DNA of 64,000 nucleotides from assembly GCA_965240325.2 (NCBI GenBank), contig OZ251223.1:1-64000 (forward strand), in the 5' to 3' direction. The notes under the pieces were generated by a model. The model ran no database searches, was not told the DNA's origin, and saw only the letters and a program-made list of their open reading frames with translations. Below are positions 45,315 through 53,815 of the stretch, piece after piece (positions within the stretch are counted from its first letter, which is position 1; every line of letters begins with the position of its first letter). The translations under genes and the position numbers were made by a program. This stretch comes from Rebecca billardiae RCC1528. Its lineage: Eukaryota; Protista; Haptophyta.

Positions 45315-46844
45315 TCAGTAGCAAACACGCGCGCGCCACGCCGTCGAGACGTGCACTGGCGTGGCGCTGGCAATCCGCTGGGTGGGGCCATCGCCTGGCC
45401 TGGCCGCGCTCATGCCGAGGCCGAGCGCAGCCGACCGCGCGCCGCACGAGTACACGCTGCCGTCTGCACTCACAAACAGCACTGAGCAATCGCCAAAGGC
45501 ACAGCGCACCACGCGCGCGTGGGCGAGGGCGCTCACGCGCGCGGGAAGGTCGGCTGCGTTGTGCCCGTGCCCGAGCCCGAGCTGGCCGTACCTGTTGCTC
45601 CCAAACGTGTGCACGCTGCCGTCCGCACCCAGCACCGCACTGCTCCAGTTGCCGCCAGCGCACGCACGCACCGCGTGCACACCCACCAGCGCCTCGATGC
45701 GCTTGGGCAGCAGCTGTGAGCGCGTGTCGCCGTGGCCGAGACAGCCGGCATCGCCCTCTCCGAAGGACCGAAGGAGTGCACGCCCCCCTTCGCGTCCACC
45801 ACCAGGCTGTGCCCATATCCCGCGCTCACGTGCACGGCGCGCACGCCCGCGAGCGCCTCGATGCGCCTCGGCGTGTGCTGATCCTGCTGGTCGCCGTGGC
45901 CGAGACGGCCGCCGTCGCCCCATCCGCACGAGTAGACGGCGCCGCGCGTGGTCAGCAGCAGCGTGTGTGCATACCCCGCGGCCGCGCCGCCCACGCGCAC
46001 GCCGCCCAGCGCCTTGATCCGCGTCGGCGTCCACCGTTCCTTCGTGTCGCCGTGGCCGAGCATACCGCTCGTGTTCAAGCCCCAGCTGTACGCACAGCCA
46101 GCTGCAGTCAGCGCGAGGCTGTGCCAGTCGCCGGCCGAGATGTCCAAGGTGGCTTCATCTCGCAAAGCGTCGACCAAAGTGAACGAACGTCGCTCATCCG
46201 CGTCGCCCACGCCCAGCTGGCCGTGGTTGTTGTCGCCGCACGCATACACGGCGCCGGTCTCGCTCAGCGCGAGCAGGTGGGTCCAGCCCGCGGCCACCGC
46301 GACCACGCGCACCGCGGACAGCGAGGGCACGCGCGTCGGGACGAGTACCGCCAACGCCTCGAAGTCGCCTATGGCCGCCAGGGGCTCATACTCGTCCGTC
46401 GGCTCCTCGTCCTCGTCCAGCACCACGTGCTCGCCGCACGTGTGCAGCCCGCCCTCCGCGTCCACAAACGCGCTCACCGCTTCGAAACCCTTGAACATGT
46501 CTTTGTAGCCACAGCCACCACAAGCCACTGCCTGCGCGTGCGCTCGCGCGAGCTGGAGGACGTGCTCGCGCGCGAGCAGCTCCCCGGTCCACGTGCACGA
46601 CGCCGCGGGCAGCGCCTCGGGCAGCGCGTGCTCGTGGCCGCGTGCGCGCGCGCGCTCGCGCAGCGCGCAGCGCGCGCTCGACCGGCGAGCACCCGCCGCG
46701 CGGGGCGGCGTGGATAAAGCGCGCGGTGGCGTTCAGGCTGGCGAGGTTGCGCGGCGGCAGGGGCGAGATGATGCGGTCGAGTACCTCGGACGGCAGGTCG
46801 TCGAGTGTGAGGCGACGCGCGTGCGCCTGTGCCGTGCTGGCCAT
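45315..46844 (-). pseudogene. Frameshifted F-box + RCC1 paralog (left arm of palindrome)
   Basis: Homologous end-to-end to 46987-48468 but split over three ORFs by a 7-bp duplication (CGCGCAG x2, 46657-46670) and an 8-bp duplication (CCGAAGGA x2, 45760-45775). Confidence 0.8.
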
Positions 46845-46986
46845 CGCTCCCCGCCGAGGAGAAGTGAGAGTCGTCGGCGCCGCGGCGCGGAGTCGGTTTG
46901 GCCGCGGCCAACCGCCGCTCCACGGCTCTCGCGCGGCCAACCGACTCCGCGGCGCCACGACACTCTCGCTTCTCCTGCGGGGAGCG

Positions 46987-48468
46987 ATGGCCAGCACGGC
47001 ACAGGCGCACGCGTGTCGCCTCGCGCTCGACGACCTGCCGTCCGAGGTACTCGACCGCATTATCTCGCCCCTGCCGCCGCGCGACCTCGCCAGCCTGAAC
47101 GCCACCGCGCGCCTCTTCCACGCCGCGCCGCGCGGCGGGTGCTCGCCGGTCGAGCGCGCGCTGCGCGAGCGCGCGCGCGCGCGCGGGCACGAGCGCACGC
47201 TGCCGGCGTCGCCGCCCTTGGGCGTGCGCACCTGGACGAAGGAGCTCTTCGTGCGCGAGCGCGTGCTCGAGCTCGCGAGCGCGCATGCGTCCTCGGTCTC
47301 GGCAGGCGTTGGGTTCAGCGCGTTTGTGGACGCGGAGGGCGGGCTGCACGCGTGCGGCGAGAGCGTGGTACTGGACGATGACGAGGAGCCGACGGACGAG
47401 TATGAGCCCCTGGCGGCCATAGGCGACTTCGAGGCGTTGGCGGTACTCGTCCCGACGCGCGTGCCCTCGCTGTCGTCGGTGCGCGTGGTCGCGGTGGCCG
47501 CGGGCGTTGACCACCTGCTCGCGCTGAGTGAGGCCGGCGCCGTGTACGGCTGCGGCGACAACACCTGGGGCGAGCTGGGCCTGGGCGACACGGAGCCGCG
47601 GCGGACGTTTGCTCCGCTGGACGCCTTGCGGCGTGCAACCGTCGTGGGTATCATGGCCCGGAGGTCGCACAGCCTCGCGCTCACCGCTGCCGGCCGTGCG
47701 TACAGCTGGGGCAACAACGTGCGCGGTTTTCTCGGGCACGGCGACACGAAGGACCGGTGGACGCCGACGCGGATCAAGGCGCTGGACGGCGTGCGCGTGG
47801 GCGGCGCGGCCGCGGGGTATGCACACACGCTGCTGCTGACCACGCGCGGCGCCGTCTACTCGTGCGGATGGGGCGACGGCGGCCGTCTCGGCCACGGCGA
47901 CCAGCAGGATCAGCGCACGCCGAGGCGCATCGAGGCGCTCGCGGGCGTGCGCGCCGTGCACGTGAGCGCGGGATATGGGCACAGCCTGGTGGTGGACGCG
48001 AAGGGGGGCGTGCACTCGTTCGGAGAGGGCGATGCCGGCTGTCTCGGCCACGGCGACACGCGCTCACAGCTGCTGCCCAAGCGCATCGAGGCGCTGGCGG
48101 GTGTGCACGCAGTGCGTGCGTGCGCTGGCTGCAACTGGAGCAGTGCGGTGCTGGGTGCGGACGGCAGCGTGCACACGTTTGGGAGCAACAGGTACGGCCA
48201 GCTCGGGCTCGGGCACGGGCACAACGCGGCCGACCTTCCCTCGCGCGTGAGCGCCCTCGCCCACGCGCGCGTGGTGCGCTGTGCCTTTGGCGATTGCTCA
48301 GTGCTGTTTGTGAGTGCAGACGGCAGCGTGTACTCGTGCGGCGCGCGGTCGGCTGCGCTCGGCCTCGGCATGAGCGCGGCCAGGCCAGGCGATGGCCCCA
48401 CCCAGCGGATTGCCAGCGCCACGCCAGTGCACGTCTCGACGGCGTGGCGCGCGCGTGTTTGCTACTGA
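46987..48468 (+). CDS. F-box + RCC1-repeat protein, 493 aa (right arm of palindrome)
   Basis: LDDLPSEVLDRIISPL F-box-like start followed by RCC1 blades (GELGLGD, GFLGHGD, GRLGHGD, GCLGHGD, GQLGLGH). Paralog of 6328-7755. Confidence 0.85.
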   Translation: MASTAQAHACRLALDDLPSEVLDRIISPLPPRDLASLNATARLFHAAPRGGCSPVERALRERARARGHERTLPASPPLGVRTWTKELFVRERVLELASAHASSVSAGVGFSAFVDAEGGLHACGESVVLDDDEEPTDEYEPLAAIGDFEALAVLVPTRVPSLSSVRVVAVAAGVDHLLALSEAGAVYGCGDNTWGELGLGDTEPRRTFAPLDALRRATVVGIMARRSHSLALTAAGRAYSWGNNVRGFLGHGDTKDRWTPTRIKALDGVRVGGAAAGYAHTLLLTTRGAVYSCGWGDGGRLGHGDQQDQRTPRRIEALAGVRAVHVSAGYGHSLVVDAKGGVHSFGEGDAGCLGHGDTRSQLLPKRIEALAGVHAVRACAGCNWSSAVLGADGSVHTFGSNRYGQLGLGHGHNAADLPSRVSALAHARVVRCAFGDCSVLFVSADGSVYSCGARSAALGLGMSAARPGDGPTQRIASATPVHVSTAWRARVCY

Positions 48469-48787
48469 CATCGGCGTGACTGGCGGCCGGCGCAGCGTGC
48501 TGCTGACTGACTCGGCCTGCAGTGATGCGGCGCAGCTGACACCGCCGCCCCGGGGGCGGGGGCGCGGGCGGGGCGCCGGCCCGGGCGTCGCGGCAGTATC
48601 ATCACAGCGCAGTAGCAGCAGTCGCGCCACTCATTCGTCTCCGATCCGGATCACAGTCTGAGTCAGCAGCGGCGATCCCGCCGATATCGTCCGCCATCAG
48701 ACGATCGTGACCATATATCGTCATGCACGCATGCGGTACGTCACAGTAGCAGACCGTACGGTCGCGCGTCAAGATGTGTGGCATATA

Positions 48788-49582
48788 CAGGCGCAATCGC
48801 GCGGGCAATAAGGAGCTGTCACGTTATAAGAAACTGGGGCTTGCTATCTGCGGATCTGGCCTAGAAACTGAGGCTAGCGATTGGCTGGTTCGCTATACGC
48901 ATAGTCACACTAAGAAACCGAGACTCTACGTCGCGGCTCGGGTCCGAGGCGCGTGGGACGCGTGGCGCGCCGCGGCGCCGCCCGCGCGTGACTACTGTCA
49001 TACTAGTCAACTTGGTCGTCTGCTTGCTAACTACGACCTGAGTAAGTCACTCATCAGTGCCAGTGGCGGAGTCATGCTGCATGACCGTGTTAGATGACTA
49101 CTGTACTGCTGATGAGCGCCGCGTCGGGATGCTAATAAGCAGGCTGCGCTGATGAGCGCGCTATACTACTGTCTAGACAGTCTACTCGTCTACATCCGCT
49201 ACACATGCCTGAGTACTACTGACATGCTGCTCTTCCGGACTGCTGCGCTTGGTCACTTCTCCTCCAGTCCAGAGTCCTGCTGGGGACTGCTCCATTGCCA
49301 CTGCACACGCCCGGCATGCAACATCATGATGACGATGCCATCCGCCAGATTTGCTCCAAAAATAGGCCCGCCAAAAAATTCCTTCGGACTCGCCGGCCGG
49401 GCCTATAAAGACTTGTTCAGCGGGGGGCTCTGCCCCCCCCCTGCGCCCCCCGCGCCTGCGCCGAGTGCGCGGCGGGCGGACCTAAGAAACTGAGGCTCCG
49501 TAGGCGCTCGGGCGCTACCGAACAGCTAAGAAACCGAGGCTAGCCGGCAGATCTCTGACTTCTTATTGCCCGCGATTGCCTC
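48788..49582. mobile_element. Putative MITE (Tc1/mariner-pogo-like), 795 bp
   Basis: Imperfect TIR CAGGCGCAATCGCGCGGGCAATAAG / CTTATTGCCCGCGATTGCCTC with TA on both sides (48786-7, 49583-4). Five subterminal copies of (T)AAGAAACYGRGRCT. Confidence 0.65.
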
Positions 49583-49759
49583 TACAGCACTACCTCTCTC
49601 TCTCTCGATCTCTCTCTCTCGTCTCAGTCCAGCACGCGAATCACGCGCTATCGCTGCATCAGGCAGCGCCAGCGGCAGCCGCCGTCGCCATCGCCGTGAG
49701 CGCGCGCGCGCGTGCTCGATCCGACTGCTGCGCGCTGCAACGTGAGCGGCCTCGCCTGC

Positions 49760-52700
49760 TCAATGCATGGCCAGCGCGGCGGCTGCGCCCGCGGCTGCGG
49801 GCGCGGCCGCCGCGGCCGCCTCGCCAGCCTCCTGCGCGCGCTCCGCGCCGCCGTGGTGCTGCGCGCGCTGCTCCGCCGCGTCCGCCGCGGGCAGGCACGC
49901 GGTGCACTCGCGCCGCCGCTCGTGCACGCGCGCGAGCACGCCGAGCGCGAGCGCGAGCACGAGCACGACGCACATCGCCAGCGCGCGCGGCGGCGGCCGT
50001 GGCTCGGCCGGCGCGCGCGCGGCGCCGAGCACGCCCGCGCCGGCGTCGGGCCGCGCGGGCCGGAGCGCCGAGGCGACGCACGGCGCCGCGCGCTCGCGCG
50101 TCGGGTAGAGCTGGCGCGCGCAGGCGCCGCACGTGTTGTCAACGCCGGCGGCGCAGTAGTCGCACGCGGCGCACGGCTCGCACGCGCCGCCCGCGCCGCA
50201 GAACATGCGCGGCGCGCACTCGGCATGCGCGCCGCAGCCGCGCGGCTCGCGCGCGCCGATCGGCCAGACGGGTGCCGCGTCGAGCGCGACCGCCTCGGCG
50301 CTCTCGCCGGTCGCCGGCAGCGCGTGCGCGCGCAGCGTGAGGCGGAAGCGGGCGCAGCGCGCGGCCGGCGGCGGCGCGAGCGCCAGGCTGTACTCGCCCG
50401 CGCCCAGCCGCTCCGCGAGGGCGACGCCGCCGCCGCCGCCCGCAGCGTCGCACCCCTCGTCCGCCTCGCCGAGCGGGCGCGCGCCCGGCTCGCCCGCGCA
50501 GCCTCGGAACAGCTCAGCGCGCGTGCCCGCCGGCGCGGCGCACGCGCGCGCGCGCAGCTCGGCGGGCGCGCTCAGCGTGAAGCGGAGCACGCGCGTGCGC
50601 GCGCCATCAAACTCGGGGCCCTCCGGGTCCGCCGGCGCGCCGCCGCTGCCGGCTTGGTCGGCGCACGTGTCGACGTCCCCCGCCCAGACCAGGGCGTCGG
50701 CGGCGGCGTCGTCGGCGGCGGTCGGCAGTGGCCCGGCGGCGCTCGGCGGCGCGGGGTGCAGCAGCGCGGTGCGCGCGCGCGCGCACGCCGACGCCTCCGC
50801 GCGCGCGTGCACGTAGAAGTCGCCGCGCACGCCGCCGCGCCCGCGCACGCGCGCGTACAGCTGCGGCCCAGGAGCAATCTCGGCGACGAGATACGCGCCC
50901 AGCCCGCAGCCCTCCTCCGCGAGCGCGGCGACGTGGCCGCCGGCGTGCGGGCAGCCGCGCACGAGGGCGAGCTCGGTGTCGACGGCCGAGCCGCACGTCG
51001 ACACCATCACCGACGTCGGCTCGGCCGCGCGCGGCAGCGCGAACAACGCCTCGCCGCCCTCGCCGAGCGTGCCTCGGCGCGGCGCGGCGCCGAGCGCGAG
51101 CGGCGGCGCGGCCGCGCACGCCGCGTGTGCGGGCGGCGGCGCGGGCGGCGGCGGCGGGCACGCGTCCGCACCGCCGCTCGCCCCCGGCTGGGCGGCGCCC
51201 CCGCCCTTGCTCCCGCCGCCGCCGCCCGCCCCCTCGCACGCCGCCGTCAGCTCGAACGCACCGAGTGAGTGCGGGCTGAACCCGCGCACGCGCACGTAGT
51301 ACGTGCCCGGTTGCAGCAGCATGGCCGCCAACACCGAGCCGCGCACCGAGCCGAACGGGAGCGAGCCGTTGCGCACGGCCTCGGCGGCGTCGTGCGGGTC
51401 GGGCGGCGCGCAGCCGTCGTCGTCCGCGACGGCGAGAGGGTCGGGGTTAGGGTTAGGGTTAGGGTTGGGGTTAGGGTTGGGGTCGGCGCCGAGCGGGCAG
51501 CGCGCGTGCAGCTCGAGCACAGTGTCCGCGTCCGTGGCGGCGGCGCAGGTGGAGAGCGTGACGCGCGCGGGCTGGTCGAGGGTGAGCGTGTACAGCGGCG
51601 CGGGCACGCCGTCCCACAGCCCCGCGCGCACCGTGCAGCCGCACGCGAGCGCCGGCGCGGCCGCGCCGTCGCACGCTGGCGCGCACGCGGCACCCGCAAA
51701 GCCGCGGTCGCACGCGCACGCTCCGCTCTCGGCGTTGCACGCGCCGCGGCCGCCGCACACGAGGCCGGCGCGCACGGGGCACGCGCTGACGGTGAGCGGC
51801 GCGTCGAGCCACTCGCACGCGCCCTCGTCCTCCCCCGCCGCGCAGTACCGCACCGCGTACGTGCCGGCACGCAGCGCGCTCGTGTCGAGCTGTGTAAGTC
51901 CGTCCGCGCCGTCCGCGCGCGCGCTGAGCGCGGGCGGCGCGCGCGTGTCAGGGTGGCCGCGCGCGTACGGGAAGAGCTCGAGCGTGCCCTCGGAGGCGGC
52001 GGCGGCGGCGGCGGCGGCGCGCACGTACGCCGCGAGGCCCGCCGCCGCCGCCGACGAGCCGCCGCCGCCGCCGCCGGGCGCGGCTGCGTGGTGTCCGATG
52101 CCAACCAGTGCGCCGCGCGCCACCACGGCCGACCCGAGGTGCGCGCGCGCCGCGCCGAGCTCGGGCGCGAGCATGACGACGCTCGTCTCGAGGCCGGCCT
52201 CGTCCGTCCCCGCGCGCGCGCGGAAGAAGCCGCCCTCGCCCCACCCCCGCCCCCACGAGTTCTGCGCCACCCAGTACGCCACGCCGTCCGCACTCACCCC
52301 GTACCCGACCAGCTTGACAGCATGGCCGCCCGCCTGCGCGCTGCGCCCCGAGTAGGCGTACACGCCGCGGCGGTACGAGAAGAACTCGGTGAAGACGATC
52401 ATCGCGGCGTCGAGCGAGCCGCCGCTCGCCAGCGCCGCGCGCATGCTGCGCACGTCGCGCGCGCGCAGCGTCGCCGTCGAGCCGCGCGCGGCCCTGTAGT
52501 GCGCGTGCGCGCCCAGCGACGCGGGGCACGCACCGCTGCCGTCGGTTGAGCCGAAATGGTCCTCGAACGAGCCCGAGGCGCCGGAGGCGTACGGCAGCGC
52601 GCGCTCCTCGACGAGCCCGACCTCCTCCGCGTACGCGCCCGCGAGCACCTGGTACCCGCCGTGGCACCCGTTGTTGCAGTACCGATCGTGCGGGGGCGGC

Positions 52701-53614
52701 CAGCAGCGGCGGTCGCACGAGACGTGCTGCTGCGTCGAGAGCCGCGGCCGGAGCGCGCCGCGCGTGGCGAGGCAGAGGCGGTCCTCGAGCATGCCCGCGT
52801 TGGACTGCGCCCAGCACGAGGCGCACGAGCCCTGGTCGCGCACGCCCGCCGACGGGTCGCACCGCCCGCCCAGCGCCGTGCGCATGTCGAAGGAGCCGGC
52901 GCCGCCGCCGCCGCTCCCGCCGCCGCCGCCGCCGCCGCCGCGCCCGCGCCGCGCCTTCTCGAGGCCGGCGGACGCGTGGCCGGCGTCGTCCGCGCGCAGC
53001 GGCGGCGCCTCCGCCTCGGGCACCACCCGCCCGCCCTCCAGCACCGCCACGCGCCGCACGCGCGCCCCCTCCGGCGCGGCCAGCGGCGGCGCGAGCAGCA
53101 TGGCCGCCGCGGCCGACGCGCTCAGCCCTTCAAAGCGCTTGTACGGCGCGCGGTCGTAGGTGCGGGACGGGTCGGCGTTGTGCTTCTCGATGTCGGCGCG
53201 GTCGTTGATCCGCAGCGCCGAGCCGCGCACCGCGCACGCGTACGGCGCCGACGACACCAGCGACCACTTGCCCTCGACGCCGCCCGCGCGCAGCCCGAGC
53301 GTCGCGCCGTGCGACCCGTCGAGCGCCACGTCGAGCTCGAGCTCCTCGGCGTCGGAGATGACCTCGCGCGCGGCGCGGCGGACGTGGATTGAGCCGAACG
53401 CCCCCTGCGCCGCGCAGTACCGCTCGACGCGCACGTTCAGCGCGCGCAGCGCCGCGTCGGCCGCGTCGGCCACGAGCGCCGAGTCCGCGGGCACGCTCTC
53501 CGGCACGCCCTCCTCGCCGGGGAGGCCGAGGGCGCGCGCGGCGCGGGGCGCGCACAGCAGCGCGCACAGCGCGAGGGCGGGCGGCGCCGCGCGCCGGGCC
53601 GCGCGCCGCGGCAT
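49760..53614 (-). CDS. Membrane-anchored multidomain papain-family (C1A, cathepsin B/C-like) cysteine protease, ~1284 aa
   Basis: Signal peptide; QGSCASCWA (Cys), GGHAVKLVGYG (His) and YWVAQNSWGRGWGEGGFF (Asn); EGF-like CGGRGACNAESGACACDRGFAGAAC; three STC/DTxL beta-sandwich-like repeats; Cys-rich segment; C-terminal TM ALAMCVVLVLALALGVLA. Confidence 0.85.
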   Translation of the reverse strand: MPRRAARRAAPPALALCALLCAPRAARALGLPGEEGVPESVPADSALVADAADAALRALNVRVERYCAAQGAFGSIHVRRAAREVISDAEELELDVALDGSHGATLGLRAGGVEGKWSLVSSAPYACAVRGSALRINDRADIEKHNADPSRTYDRAPYKRFEGLSASAAAAMLLAPPLAAPEGARVRRVAVLEGGRVVPEAEAPPLRADDAGHASAGLEKARRGRGGGGGGGGSGGGGAGSFDMRTALGGRCDPSAGVRDQGSCASCWAQSNAGMLEDRLCLATRGALRPRLSTQQHVSCDRRCWPPPHDRYCNNGCHGGYQVLAGAYAEEVGLVEERALPYASGASGSFEDHFGSTDGSGACPASLGAHAHYRAARGSTATLRARDVRSMRAALASGGSLDAAMIVFTEFFSYRRGVYAYSGRSAQAGGHAVKLVGYGVSADGVAYWVAQNSWGRGWGEGGFFRARAGTDEAGLETSVVMLAPELGAARAHLGSAVVARGALVGIGHHAAAPGGGGGGSSAAAAGLAAYVRAAAAAAAASEGTLELFPYARGHPDTRAPPALSARADGADGLTQLDTSALRAGTYAVRYCAAGEDEGACEWLDAPLTVSACPVRAGLVCGGRGACNAESGACACDRGFAGAACAPACDGAAAPALACGCTVRAGLWDGVPAPLYTLTLDQPARVTLSTCAAATDADTVLELHARCPLGADPNPNPNPNPNPNPDPLAVADDDGCAPPDPHDAAEAVRNGSLPFGSVRGSVLAAMLLQPGTYYVRVRGFSPHSLGAFELTAACEGAGGGGGSKGGGAAQPGASGGADACPPPPPAPPPAHAACAAAPPLALGAAPRRGTLGEGGEALFALPRAAEPTSVMVSTCGSAVDTELALVRGCPHAGGHVAALAEEGCGLGAYLVAEIAPGPQLYARVRGRGGVRGDFYVHARAEASACARARTALLHPAPPSAAGPLPTAADDAAADALVWAGDVDTCADQAGSGGAPADPEGPEFDGARTRVLRFTLSAPAELRARACAAPAGTRAELFRGCAGEPGARPLGEADEGCDAAGGGGGVALAERLGAGEYSLALAPPPAARCARFRLTLRAHALPATGESAEAVALDAAPVWPIGAREPRGCGAHAECAPRMFCGAGGACEPCAACDYCAAGVDNTCGACARQLYPTRERAAPCVASALRPARPDAGAGVLGAARAPAEPRPPPRALAMCVVLVLALALGVLARVHERRRECTACLPAADAAEQRAQHHGGAERAQEAGEAAAAAAPAAAGAAAALAMH
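51438..51485 (+). repeat. Interstitial telomere-type (TTAGGG)n tract inside the protease CDS
   Basis: GGGTCG(GGGTTA)3GGGTTG GGGTTA GGGTTG GGGTCG, read on the minus strand as DPNPNPNPNPNPNPDP. Confidence 0.85.
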
Positions 53615-53815
53615 CGCGCCGGCGGCCGGCGGCGGGCTCGGCGTGCGCGGACGCGTCGGCCGCGGCGCGAGGAGGCTGCCCAGCCGTGCCGGTGAGCGCC
53701 GACCGACCGGCTTTGCGGCGGCGGCGGCGAGAAGAAAGTCGGCTGGCGACGTGCGTCCGGTGTGCGCAGCGGCAGCCACTGGTCACTTGGTCAGCACGCG
53801 TGCAGTCCGGCGCGG

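Larger units (their letters stand above)
45198..48600. repeat. ~3.4-kb inverted duplication (arms ~45198-46906 and ~46931-48600, spacer ~24 bp)
   Basis: Reverse-complement similarity runs from the 3' flanks through both CDSs and 5' leaders almost to the centre. Confidence 0.93.

Noticed and set aside
48440-48545. Extra RCC1 blade in another frame past the stop (VFATDIGVTGGRRSVLLTDS)
   Set aside because: Only a weak resemblance; not enough to call a shared ancestral frameshift without an alignment.
48827-49545. CRISPR-like reading of the AAGAAACYGAGGCT repeats
   Set aside because: Repeats are short, degenerate, irregularly spaced and lie inside TA-flanked TIRs.
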